A stretch of 64,000 bases of DNA. Origin: Candidatus Bathyarchaeota archaeon (GTDB taxonomy: Archaea > Thermoproteota > Bathyarchaeia > 40CM-2-53-6 > RBG-13-38-9). Both the position numbers and the translations under genes were made by a program. Location of the stretch: contig CAWECG010000003.1 in NCBI GenBank assembly GCA_963807605.1, forward strand, positions 608,001 to 672,000, written 5' to 3'. Of the stretch, positions 8,736-18,519 are shown piece by piece; the first letter of the stretch is position 1, and the number at the start of each line of letters is the position of its first letter. The notes beneath the pieces are model-generated. The model worked only from the letters and a program-made list of their open reading frames with translations, did not search any database and was not told where the DNA came from.

Positions 8736-9059
8736 ATGGCGGAAAATAGTTCAGAGAACAAGACTCCATCCAAACTTGATGTCGACAGACCGCAGGATTT
8801 CAAGTTCCATGTCGCGTACGATGTCTATTCTCGAGCTTGGGAGGAAAACACCTCCGAATTCGTTAGGGTCAAGTTGAACGAACTAATATCCGCTCTCGCG
8901 AAAGATGAGAATGGTTATTCAGGCTTCTACGCTCAGATAAAGGAATTCCGAAGGGATCTGAACCCCTTCAGGTCTGGGAACACAAGGATAGAGACCCAGA
9001 GAAAAAGATCCTGGCAAAAGAACGATACTAAGGATAGAAGAAATCGTCGTTATCGATAA
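8736..9059 (+). CDS. Hypothetical protein with Arg/Lys-rich C-terminal tail
   Basis: ORF immediately upstream of hflX; ends RKRSWQKNDTKDRRNRRYR. Confidence 0.6.
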   Translation: MAENSSENKTPSKLDVDRPQDFKFHVAYDVYSRAWEENTSEFVRVKLNELISALAKDENGYSGFYAQIKEFRRDLNPFRSGNTRIETQRKRSWQKNDTKDRRNRRYR

Positions 9060-9081
9060 AGAACTAGCAAGCAAAAGGCAT

Positions 9082-10215
9082 TTGAAAACTGTGCAGGGTC
9101 TGAAAGCGCTTCTCGTAGAATGCATTACTTCCGGAAATGCATCTCGAATAGATGAAGTGAATGATATCGCCAAGAATGCAGGTTACGATGTGATAGGACA
9201 AGTTACACAACATCGTAACTCAATCGATCCAAGCTACTACATAGGCGAAGGGAAACTCGACGAGATCAGAAAGACGGTTGAAAGAGATTCGATTAACGTC
9301 GTTATTTTTGCTCGACAGCTTTCCGCTGGCCAGATATTTCGAATAAAGAAGAAGCTCGGGGGTGGAATTGAGGTTCTTGACAGAAACCTACTCATATTGG
9401 AGATCTTCGAAAAACGCAGCGCTACAAAGGAGGCTATGCTCCAAGTAACCTTAGCGAGATTGCGCTACACATTTTCTTGGGCTAGAGAATCAGTTCGAAT
9501 GCGAGGTATCGCTAGCGAACAGATGGGACGAGGCGGCCCTGGCCAATACCCCTACGAAGCCTATGAATCAATGTCGCGCAAACGAATTAGCAAAATTGAA
9601 AACCAACTCCGCGACATAAGACTGAAGAAAGCTCATCTTCGCGAACACCGAGGAAAAGCGGGCTTCCGAATCGTAGCCTTGACGGGCTACACGCAAAGTG
9701 GAAAGACCACCCTGTTTAACAGGATCACCTCCGAATCAAAGGAAATAGGGATGGGCCCGTTTACTACGCTATCCACATTTGCCCGAAAAGTCTCAACATC
9801 TTCGAAAAGAGAATCTGCCGCTTCATTCATCATTATTGACTCTATCGGATTTATCGAAGACCTCAACCCTCTGCTTCTAAATGCTTTCCACACTACACTA
9901 AGTGAACTCGCAAATTCGGATCTAATCCTCCTGTTCGTAGACGGTAGCGATGAAATTGAAACGGTAAAGAGAAAGATTCTTTCCTCACGTAAAATTATGG
10001 ATAAGGAAATCAGTGGAGTCCCCGTTCTGATATGCATAAATAAGGTAGACATTGCGACGCGTGAACATCTGGACAAGGTGCTCGAGGAAACCCGCAAGAT
10101 ATTCAGTACAGAAGAGATAGTGGAGATAAGTTCGAAGACAGGAGTCAACGTGCCAGATCTTCTATGCAAGATTGCAGAGAGGCTCGCCTTGACGACTCCG
10201 CCTACACTTGCTTGA
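9082..10215 (+). CDS. hflX: HflX family GTPase
   Basis: YIGEGKLDEI, DRNLLILEIFEKR, LQV.LARL.Y, GYTQSGKTT, FTTL, DSIGF, NKVD. Confidence 0.93.
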   Translation: MKTVQGLKALLVECITSGNASRIDEVNDIAKNAGYDVIGQVTQHRNSIDPSYYIGEGKLDEIRKTVERDSINVVIFARQLSAGQIFRIKKKLGGGIEVLDRNLLILEIFEKRSATKEAMLQVTLARLRYTFSWARESVRMRGIASEQMGRGGPGQYPYEAYESMSRKRISKIENQLRDIRLKKAHLREHRGKAGFRIVALTGYTQSGKTTLFNRITSESKEIGMGPFTTLSTFARKVSTSSKRESAASFIIIDSIGFIEDLNPLLLNAFHTTLSELANSDLILLFVDGSDEIETVKRKILSSRKIMDKEISGVPVLICINKVDIATREHLDKVLEETRKIFSTEEIVEISSKTGVNVPDLLCKIAERLALTTPPTLA

Positions 10216-10472
10216 GATCTTGCCCGTCTTGATAAGAATTAATAAGATTGGCTGGGAACTCATCTACTTGTCTCATCATAAGGATGAGACTTGGCCTATC
10301 CAAAGTACGCATAACGGGTCGAACCTTCTGAGGCTCGAACTCACACAAATTTTTAGCCCTTTTTCAATGCCAAAAATGCTGCCAGAACGCGTAAGGTGAA
10401 GCGTGCGCGTGTTAGTTGAGCGCCTGTAAGGAAGGCGGTCCAAGATTGTCGTGATGGGTATGCTAAAAAGCC

Positions 10473-11162
10473 TCAAGTTAAGAGATATCGAAGGCGGGGA
10501 ATTCTTCGCAGCGTAAGGAGAATTGGAACACCCACCAAAAAAGAGACCACAACCACCAAGACATCTTCAACGTATGAGTCGATCGCCCCCAATACAAAAG
10601 TGGAATACACTGCCTCTGGAGTAAGTCCGAATAGCAGGTATAGTCCGACTGGGATGAACAAGAACACTCGCGTCAAAGCGTCGGTCGCAGTACCCACAAA
10701 GGAAAGGAGAACCACAGACACAGACAGATGCCTAAGATTCTGCTCAAGCAGGTTTCCAGCCATCTTTGCAACAGGGTAAACGAGTACAAAAGCAAGTAGG
10801 ATATCGAGGATCGTCCAAAAGGGAAGCCACCTTCCAAACGGATGGACAAAATAAGCACCCAACATAACTGCGTAAATCACGAAAACCGGCTTCCATCTTC
10901 CCCTGGCTAGAAAGCCGCAAGCCAAAACTCCTAAAGGCTCAGCAATAATTCCAAACATCCAAAAGTCAATGGGCTTAATCATTCTAGCGATGACGCTGCC
11001 CAAGAAGGCGGCGAGAAAACCCGCCCACGGACCGAGTATAATGCCCTCAATAGGTTCCAAGTATATGGCCCAGTTGCGCCACAAACCAAAGGATAGAAAA
11101 TATAGGGTTACGTGGAACGCCGCAAATGTTGAGATCAACCCGATCTTCAAAGATCTTTGCAT
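10473..11162 (-). CDS. Multi-pass membrane protein, ECF S-component-like
   Basis: Several hydrophobic segments and P..GIILGP..G..AA..G motif. Confidence 0.6.
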   Translation of the reverse strand: MQRSLKIGLISTFAAFHVTLYFLSFGLWRNWAIYLEPIEGIILGPWAGFLAAFLGSVIARMIKPIDFWMFGIIAEPLGVLACGFLARGRWKPVFVIYAVMLGAYFVHPFGRWLPFWTILDILLAFVLVYPVAKMAGNLLEQNLRHLSVSVVLLSFVGTATDALTRVFLFIPVGLYLLFGLTPEAVYSTFVLGAIDSYVEDVLVVVVSFLVGVPILLTLRRIPRLRYLLT

Positions 11163-11199
11163 AAACACGTCACGAGAGTCTAATGATGGTTGCTCCGCT

Positions 11200-13290
11200 T
11201 TAATTCCTGATTCTGATCCTTGCGTCTGCAACAGCGCATTCATTAGCAGACACGATTACGGGGTTCAGGTCCATTTCGGCAATCGGTTGTTCGAAGGCAA
11301 GGAAGGAAGCCCTCATTATCAGATTAGCTAGGCTTTTCAAATCAGCAGGGGGTTGCCCCCTTATTCCTGCGAGCAACTTTGCGGCCTTGGTATTAGATAT
11401 CATACTTAATGCTTCCTCTTCTGAGAGAGGCGCCAAGCCGTAGGTAAGATCTTGAAAAGCCTCGACAAATAACCCGCCTAGACCGAAGGCTACCACAGTA
11501 CCGAAGTCTCTGTCCACAGTTGAGCCTACAATGACCTCCACACCTGCCTCTAACTGATTTTCGATGAGAACTCCGTCGATTGTAGCCTCGGGCTTCTTGC
11601 CTTTGACGTTCTGGATGATCTGGTTGAATGTCTCAGAAGCTTCTTCGGAGTTCCTTACATTAGTCATCACGCCGCCAACGTCCGACTTGTGCGTTATATC
11701 AGGAGAGAGTACTTTCATGACGACGGGGAATCCTAGTTTGGACGCGCATGAACTTGCTTCCGGTGCCGTCTTAGCGATGTACTCGATTGTTGTCTTTATG
11801 CCGTAGTCTCTCAAGACATCTTTGCTTTCAACTTCGGTAAGCATATCGTGACCGTCGAATAGCGCATTCTTGAATATCTGATTTACCAGATCTCTTCTTG
11901 CAGGCAACTTATCTGGTGCGTGCCATTTCCTGGTTTTGCCTGCTTCTATCAATCCTTGGATGGCCCTAATGGCGCGCTCAGTAGTAGGGTAAGTTGGTAC
12001 GCCCGCCTCCTCCAACTTCTTTATCAGTTGCTGCGAAAAGTCGCCCCCCGTCGCCCAACAGACAATAGGTTTAGCCTGCCTCTGGACTTCAGCAATTACA
12101 TTGACGACATCAGAAGATAATGGGGGATTCAGAAAAACAACAAAATTTAGTATCGCGTCTATCTGGGGTTCTTCCAACACTATCTGGAAAGTCTTTTGAT
12201 AATCCTCAGTTGTCGCGCTCCCAGTTAGGTCTACGTATTCTCCGATTACCGCGTATGAAGGTAATGAAGAAACCAATTTGGTCAAAATTCCTTTTGAAAA
12301 GTCAACGATCTTTAGGCCTAATTCGTGGCAGAGATCGGCTGCAGCCACAGATGGCCCTGCAGCATTTGTGACTATTGTGAGATTTCTTCCTCTTGCGACC
12401 GGTTGCTTTTCAATTGCTTTCGATAGATCGAAGAGTTCCTCGAATGATTCTGCAAGAATCATACCTGAACTTTTGAAGAGTGACTTGCATACTTGATATG
12501 AGCCGGTTATTGCTCCAGTGTGGCTCTTTGCCGCTTTTGATCCTTCGACTCTGCCCGTTTTCAGAGCTACTATAGGCTTTCTTGCCGTGACCTCTCTTGC
12601 TTCTTTGAATAGCTGCCTTCCATCGCTTATGCTCTCCAAATGCAACGCGATTACTTTGGTAAACGGATCCCGACCGAGGTATCGCACCATATCTATCTCA
12701 TTCACGTCACATCGATTTCCGAGGCTGACAAGCCTTCTCATTCCGAGTCTTGAGTTCGTAGCCCATTCAAGAAACGTAAGGCCGAATGTTCCACTTTGCG
12801 TGACAAATGAGACTCCTCCAGGAGTGGGTCTTATCATCCGGTCATGTGGGTAGAAGAATGTGTCAAGTCGTGATGTACTATCAAATACCCCAATACAGTT
12901 GGGGCCAATTATCCTCATTCCATATTCATGCGCAGTCGCTACGAGTTGATCTTCGTATAGGGCTTTATCTTCCCCCATCTCTTTGAAGCCGCCAGATACG
13001 ATTATCGCGTTCTTGACGCCTTTTCGTCCCGCTTCCTCGACCAGTTCTGGAAGTATGTTAGAGCCTGCAACGTATACTGCAAGGTCGATTTTCTCTTGAA
13101 CGGCATTTATCGACGGATAGCATTTCAAGCCGAGTATGGCTTCTGCATTCGGATTGATGGGATAGACCTTGCCCTTGAATTGGTATTGTGATATGTTTCT
13201 AACAAGTTCGTGCCCAATTTTTCCTGGTTTTGAAGATGCGCCTACGACGGCAACACTCTGGGGAGAGAAGAAATTGTCTAAAGGATCCAT
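11200..13290 (-). CDS. ADP-forming acyl/acetyl-CoA synthetase, fused alpha-beta
   Basis: VAVVGAS..PGK.G, IIGPNC.G, TQSG, AKSHTG (phospho-His), C-terminal ATP-grasp (HKSDVGGV, EMDLNP). Confidence 0.93.
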   Translation of the reverse strand: MDPLDNFFSPQSVAVVGASSKPGKIGHELVRNISQYQFKGKVYPINPNAEAILGLKCYPSINAVQEKIDLAVYVAGSNILPELVEEAGRKGVKNAIIVSGGFKEMGEDKALYEDQLVATAHEYGMRIIGPNCIGVFDSTSRLDTFFYPHDRMIRPTPGGVSFVTQSGTFGLTFLEWATNSRLGMRRLVSLGNRCDVNEIDMVRYLGRDPFTKVIALHLESISDGRQLFKEAREVTARKPIVALKTGRVEGSKAAKSHTGAITGSYQVCKSLFKSSGMILAESFEELFDLSKAIEKQPVARGRNLTIVTNAAGPSVAAADLCHELGLKIVDFSKGILTKLVSSLPSYAVIGEYVDLTGSATTEDYQKTFQIVLEEPQIDAILNFVVFLNPPLSSDVVNVIAEVQRQAKPIVCWATGGDFSQQLIKKLEEAGVPTYPTTERAIRAIQGLIEAGKTRKWHAPDKLPARRDLVNQIFKNALFDGHDMLTEVESKDVLRDYGIKTTIEYIAKTAPEASSCASKLGFPVVMKVLSPDITHKSDVGGVMTNVRNSEEASETFNQIIQNVKGKKPEATIDGVLIENQLEAGVEVIVGSTVDRDFGTVVAFGLGGLFVEAFQDLTYGLAPLSEEEALSMISNTKAAKLLAGIRGQPPADLKSLANLIMRASFLAFEQPIAEMDLNPVIVSANECAVADARIRIRN

Positions 13291-13329
13291 CTGCTTATGT
13301 CCTCACCATATCGTTACGCCAGCATTTCG

Positions 13330-14514
13330 CTAGCTTCCCCTGTATTCCGAGAGTGGCAGTGCTTCTCCTTCGTACATTCTTCGCATTAGTTGCTCAGCGT
13401 CCTTGTCTGTCAAGGTCCGAGGATTATGCGCTAGCAGTCTTTTGACCGTGAGCATGTTCTTAGCCATCGATTGCAATTCCGCCTCCTTGATTTCTATTTG
13501 CTTCAAGGAGATCGGGTTGTTGACCTCTTCCATAAGTTTCCTAACAGCCCTTACAGCATTGAATGCGTTCTTTTCGGGGCCAACTCCATCTTCCTTGGCA
13601 CCCGCCGCCTCAGCTATCGCCACCAGTTGAGGTAGACAGGCTGAAGAGTTGAACTCCATCACATACGGTAGGGCAAGAGCACATCCTACTCCGTGGGGGA
13701 CCGTTACTGTGAAAGAATAGGCGGCTGCATGCCCGGCGCACACACCAGATATGGCCAGAGAGATTCCAGCAAGCATGGAAGCTAGTGACATATCACGTCG
13801 GGCCACTATATCATCGCCTTCACGGTAAGCCTTCGGCAGACTCTGGAAGATGAGTTTGACAGCTTTTACTGCCAAGGGCTCGCAGAATAGATTCAGATCA
13901 ATCGACATGAGTGATTCAACAGCGTGGGTTAATGCATCTAATCCTGTGGCGGCAGTAACGTTGGGCGGCATGGTTAGGCTTAGTAAGGGATCGATGACGG
14001 CTACATCTGCTATGTTATAAGGGGTAACTATTCCCAGTTTCAAATGCTCTTCTTTGTTGGAAATGATCGCGTTCATGGTGATCTCGGCTCCTGTGCCTGC
14101 AGTTGTTGGGATGAGAATTTTCGGTAGGCCGGGCTTGGGTACCTTGTCTACTCCAATGAAATCTGTTAGGGGGTTTGGGTTAGTAGCACTTATCGAAGCC
14201 AGCTTAGCCATGTCGAGAGAGCTGCCTCCACCCAATCCTATAACCAAGTCATAGGAAGACTTCCTAGCGACCCTCACTACCTGATCGGCCGCAGGCATAC
14301 TTGGTTCGGGCTCTACTCTGTCAAATACTTCTGTTTTAAGGCCTACTTCTCGAAGAGGCTCTAATATCTTGGTGCTTACTCCGATCTTGCTGATTATTGG
14401 ATCGGTGATGAGCAGTACAGATTTGGGTCTGAATTCTTGAGCCACTCTTGGTATCTCTTTGACGACACCTTCACCGAACATGATCTTTTTCGGAAGTTGA
14501 ACCGTAAAGTCCAT
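13330..14514 (-). CDS. Iron-containing alcohol dehydrogenase
   Basis: GGGSSLDMAK, PTTAGTGAE, DALTHAVES, GH...PHG metal ligands. Confidence 0.93.
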   Translation of the reverse strand: MDFTVQLPKKIMFGEGVVKEIPRVAQEFRPKSVLLITDPIISKIGVSTKILEPLREVGLKTEVFDRVEPEPSMPAADQVVRVARKSSYDLVIGLGGGSSLDMAKLASISATNPNPLTDFIGVDKVPKPGLPKILIPTTAGTGAEITMNAIISNKEEHLKLGIVTPYNIADVAVIDPLLSLTMPPNVTAATGLDALTHAVESLMSIDLNLFCEPLAVKAVKLIFQSLPKAYREGDDIVARRDMSLASMLAGISLAISGVCAGHAAAYSFTVTVPHGVGCALALPYVMEFNSSACLPQLVAIAEAAGAKEDGVGPEKNAFNAVRAVRKLMEEVNNPISLKQIEIKEAELQSMAKNMLTVKRLLAHNPRTLTDKDAEQLMRRMYEGEALPLSEYRGS

Positions 14515-14700
14515 TCTAACTGACATGTGAAGCAGCCTCAACGAAGATAGTCATAGGCTTGTCTAAATAAAATTATGATGGAGCTGCCAGTATGAACCCT
14601 ATGGTATGAGTCCAAGGGGGTGTCGAACGGATCCGTGTGGAATCCGTCCGCGTGCGTGTGTTTTGTACTGACATTAGGTGTGTTGTCTTACTGGTTTGTC

Positions 14701-14892
14701 GCAGATTTCCAGAGAGACGATGCCCTTTAGTCGTTTCCTGGGCCTCAGGACATGGAGAATCCTAGTAGGAAGATTCAGTGTCTTTCGCGTTTATCCTAGT
14801 GCAATCAAAGCAATAACCTCGGACTTTTCAGGAATCCTTAATGTCTCATAGATATCTTCTTCATTGAGGTTTCCTGCCCAACATGGTGTCCA
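14701..14892 (-). pseudogene. Nitroreductase C-terminal remnant
   Basis: Manual translation CWAGNLNEEDIYETLRIPEKSEVIALIALG*...RPRKRLKGIV with in-frame TAA at the usual GY position; N-terminus absent. Confidence 0.65.
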
Positions 14893-14922
14893 AAACGTGC
14901 CATTTTACGCACGCGTAATTGG

Positions 14923-15543
14923 CTACTGTTTAACTGCGACTATGGCCTTCGCAATGTCGTAGACCAAGTCTTTCTCCTTTCTGACGACAAAACCTGCCTT
15001 TCGAAGGTTCTCAAGTGTATCCCTGTTTATATTGTCTGTAATCCTGAGGGCCAAGGGGTTGAGACTGTCCATCAGTCTGCCAAGTTCCTTATTCTTGCTC
15101 TTGATGTGTTCGAGCATAAGTAATGCGCCACCTCTTTTGAGCACCCTGCGTACTTCCTTCAACCCTTTGATAGGGTCGGTAACGGCGCAGAAAACCCAAG
15201 AAGTGAATACTGAGTCGAAGGTTTCATCTTTGAAAGAGAGTTTCTGAACGTCCTGATGCAGCAATTCAACCTCGACATTAAGGTCCTTCAATTTCTTCTT
15301 GGCTCGCCACAACATCTCTTGACTTATGTCTATGGCAATGATCTTTTTACTCGGCGGATAGTCTCTGAGACTGCTTCCAGTTCCAACGCCCACTTCCAGG
15401 ATTTTGCCTTTGGCTTGGCGAAGAAGATCTTTGCGGTGCTTTGAGGATAATCTGTCCACGCCGAGCGTGAAGCTATCATAAAAACGTGCCACGCGATCGA
15501 ATTGAAATGCAGCGTGGTCTTCGACAGATTTGACGTTCTTCAC
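14923..15543 (-). CDS. Class I SAM-dependent methyltransferase
   Basis: ILEVGVGTG, IDIS..ML, F.DETFD, EVRRVLKRGG..LMLEH; start uncertain. Confidence 0.9.
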   Translation of the reverse strand: MKNVKSVEDHAAFQFDRVARFYDSFTLGVDRLSSKHRKDLLRQAKGKILEVGVGTGSSLRDYPPSKKIIAIDISQEMLWRAKKKLKDLNVEVELLHQDVQKLSFKDETFDSVFTSWVFCAVTDPIKGLKEVRRVLKRGGALLMLEHIKSKNKELGRLMDSLNPLALRITDNINRDTLENLRKAGFVVRKEKDLVYDIAKAIVAVKQ

Positions 15544-15702
15544 ATGATCCGCCTCACAAATCGATGTACCTTGCATCGAGCCGTGTAGATGCATGATCGA
15601 TCTATTGAGTTGCGACTCGACGATCGATATTCTTGACGTTTTTGGAGCAATAACAGTTACTAAAGAGCGACTGCCAGCACCGGAGAGGCGGATCGGAAAA
15701 GA

Positions 15703-16131
15703 ATGAGGCTCAAGAATACAAGCAGGTATCCTACGGTCGAGGTTCAAAGACTGGTGAGACTTGCGGCGAAGGGAGTCGACTCTTCAAGAGTTGAAGTCCA
15801 TGTTAAGAATTCGAAATGGATTTTCGCTGGAAGGGCTTGGCATAATATTGGGCACAACAGTATTGTGAGTGTTGCAGATGATGTTGATGATCTTGTGGTC
15901 ATACGGGTGGGTTCCCCAGATCGGTTCCCAATAGAGTTTCAATATCCAAAGCTCAAGACGGCGCCAATGTACTTGATAAGCAATTGGAAGGAGGCAATTA
16001 TCACACTGACGGCTCATGAACTCTACCATATAAAACAGAAAAGGACTGGAAAGAGAGCCAGTGAGGTCAGGGCTGAAAGATGGGCTTTCAAGAGGCTACA
16101 GGAATGCCGAAAGTTGAATATCACATATTAG
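15703..16131 (+). CDS. Hypothetical basic protein with HEXXH motif (zincin-like)
   Basis: LTAHELYH followed by E..AE.WA. Confidence 0.55.
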   Translation: MRLKNTSRYPTVEVQRLVRLAAKGVDSSRVEVHVKNSKWIFAGRAWHNIGHNSIVSVADDVDDLVVIRVGSPDRFPIEFQYPKLKTAPMYLISNWKEAIITLTAHELYHIKQKRTGKRASEVRAERWAFKRLQECRKLNITY

Positions 16132-16136
16132 TCGGT

Positions 16137-17084
16137 CTAGGACGTGCTCTTGACTGAAGCTTTGTATGCACGTTCAAAATCCCTTATCATCTCTTCCATG
16201 TCGTATCTCATATTCCATCCCCACTCCTTCTTGGCAGGGCTCTCATCTATGATCCCAAATCCTTTCCCAAGCATCTTCACAACTTCGGGATCGGGCTTGA
16301 ATGTGATTCGGGATGAAGGGACATGCTCCCTCACTATATCGGCGAATTCTCTAGCAGTAAGTGAAATGCCCGCGAGATTGTATATGCGTGTCTTGATCTT
16401 CTCCCGTGGAGCGTCGTGAAGCATGAGGAGGGCGTTGGCCGCGTCCTTGTAGTAGATACATGGATTTCGACAGTCCTCTTCGACCCAGACCTCGAAAGGC
16501 TTGTCCGCCAGAGAATACTCGATCATCCAAGGCATGTACTGTGACATATGTCTAGTCTTCGCCCCTGGCCCGACCACGGTTGGATACCTCACTGCCCTGA
16601 AATCGAGACCAAACTTTTTCGCATAGAATCTCCCAAGATGTTCACCGAAGAGCTTAGTCAACCCGTACATTGTCTCCGGCTTCTGAACAGTAGAATCGTC
16701 GATAGGCAGGGTATGTCCCGCATAGACCGCCGCGGTGCTTGTGAAGATCACCTTCTCCACGTCAAATAGTCTCGCGGCCTCGAGAACGTGCATCATTCCA
16801 TTCGAATTGACCCTATATGCTGCCCACGGGTTAGCATCCGACGGTATGCTTAACATTGCTCCGAGATGGAATATGCTTCTGACCTTATGGTCTTTAACCG
16901 CGTTGAAGACCTCAGACCAGTTCGACAGGTCACCACGAACTACGCTTACCTTGTCTTCAATTGGCTTCACAGCCTCATAATTAGGTAATACGTCAAAGAG
17001 TACGACTTTCTCTCCTCTGTCAATAAGCATCTTAGCCAGTTCAGACCCGACGAAGCCTGTTCCGCCTGTGATTAGATTCGTCAT
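16137..17084 (-). CDS. Extended SDR / NAD-dependent epimerase (L-threonine 3-dehydrogenase-like)
   Basis: ITGGTGFVG, HLGA.LS, YGLTK, GLDFRAVRYP. Confidence 0.88.
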   Translation of the reverse strand: MTNLITGGTGFVGSELAKMLIDRGEKVVLFDVLPNYEAVKPIEDKVSVVRGDLSNWSEVFNAVKDHKVRSIFHLGAMLSIPSDANPWAAYRVNSNGMMHVLEAARLFDVEKVIFTSTAAVYAGHTLPIDDSTVQKPETMYGLTKLFGEHLGRFYAKKFGLDFRAVRYPTVVGPGAKTRHMSQYMPWMIEYSLADKPFEVWVEEDCRNPCIYYKDAANALLMLHDAPREKIKTRIYNLAGISLTAREFADIVREHVPSSRITFKPDPEVVKMLGKGFGIIDESPAKKEWGWNMRYDMEEMIRDFERAYKASVKSTS

Positions 17085-17324
17085 TTCGGATACCATCCTA
17101 TGTCGTAGCCGACATGTTCGCACTTAAATGATTGTCCAATTCCTAATTAATCCTTGGAAAGACGCGCGAGCCCCATGTGAAGACTGCCGTGCCTTAACAC
17201 GATAGACGAAAAACCTGTTTTCTTGTATCCTGATGACCTGAAAGAGAAAACAGTCTCGAACGACAGCAAACCCGGGTTTGTCTTGATCGTTCACAAGACC
17301 GAAACATTACTTGGCTTACACGTG

Positions 17325-18281
17325 TCAAATGTAGAGCTCAGCATTCGTTTTGACTTCTTTTATGAAGTCGCTGATCGTCTCATTGAGGGTGTATCTTCTT
17401 CTCCAACCCCATTCATTAGCAGCATCTGACTCATCGATCTTCTGAGCCCAGCTCTTTACTATTCGCGTCTTCTCTGGATCCGGCTTGAAGAAGACCTTCG
17501 CGTCTGGAATACTCTTCTTGACCAGATTTGTGATTTCTCCAGCCGTAGGCAGGTCTCCCGCAATGCAGTAGACTCTGGACTTCATCTTGTCAGTTGGAGC
17601 CTCATGAAGCTGTGTTAGGCACCGAAGTGCGTCTTTGTAGTACAGGATTGAGCAGACCGTATCCTCTGAGACGAAGACTTCATAGGGTCTGCCAAGCGCC
17701 GGTTCTTGGATCATCAATGATGTGTATGCGGACAGACCGCCTAAGCCTCGTCCAGGCCCTATGATGGAGGGAAACCTTACAGCTCTGAAGTCAAGTCCAA
17801 ATTTCTTGTTGAAATATTCACCTAGGCGTTCGCCACAGACTTTGGTGACGCCATACATCGAGTGTGGTCGCTGAGGGGAGTTGTTGGTGATTGTTTCTGT
17901 TTGACCGAGACTGTAAGTGGCAACCGAACTGATGAAGCTCACTTTCCTGACGTTAAACAGGATCGCCGCCTCAAGCACATTGAAGGTTCCGTTTATGTTA
18001 ACCATATAGGCTCCCAGTGGATTTGCCTCACAAGTCTCAGAGGTCAACGCGCCAGTGTGGAAGATCTCATCCACATCATTGCGTTTTACTGCATCCAATA
18101 CTTCGGGCCAAGAGGAGATGTCCCCTCTCGCAAACCTGACTTTCGAACCTAGTTTGGCTAAGTCTTGATACTTCCTCGGTGGGGCGACATCAAATAGTAC
18201 AACATCTCTGCCTTTCTCAACGAGTCCCTTGGCAATATTCCATCCTATGAAGCCGGTCCCACCGGTAATCATTGTAGTCAA
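17325..18281 (-). CDS. Extended SDR / NAD-dependent epimerase (L-threonine 3-dehydrogenase-like), paralogue
   Basis: ITGGTGFIG, YGVTK, GLDFRAVRFP. Confidence 0.88.
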   Translation of the reverse strand: MTTMITGGTGFIGWNIAKGLVEKGRDVVLFDVAPPRKYQDLAKLGSKVRFARGDISSWPEVLDAVKRNDVDEIFHTGALTSETCEANPLGAYMVNINGTFNVLEAAILFNVRKVSFISSVATYSLGQTETITNNSPQRPHSMYGVTKVCGERLGEYFNKKFGLDFRAVRFPSIIGPGRGLGGLSAYTSLMIQEPALGRPYEVFVSEDTVCSILYYKDALRCLTQLHEAPTDKMKSRVYCIAGDLPTAGEITNLVKKSIPDAKVFFKPDPEKTRIVKSWAQKIDESDAANEWGWRRRYTLNETISDFIKEVKTNAELYI

Positions 18282-18458
18282 GTGTATGCGCCTCTAGTAC
18301 ACTGTGTAGGATGGTTTTTCGCATTAATTATGCTTATGTAACTATGTGGCGCACCTGAAAGAAGAACGTCTCCAGCCCACTGAAACCATCATAGCGTCAG
18401 TTAGCGTGTAACAGCCACAAGGTCCCACAATCCGAACCCTTGAAAGCTAACTTTTTCG

Positions 18459-18474
18459 GTAACAGTCCGAAGCG
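18459..18474 (+). repeat. 16-bp direct repeat, copy 1 (GTAACAGTCCGAAGCG)
   Basis: Matches 21518-21533 at 15/16. Confidence 0.45.
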
Positions 18475-18519
18475 GGAATGCAGAATCAACTATTGGTGCG
18501 TCATTGAGCTTTCAAAAGC

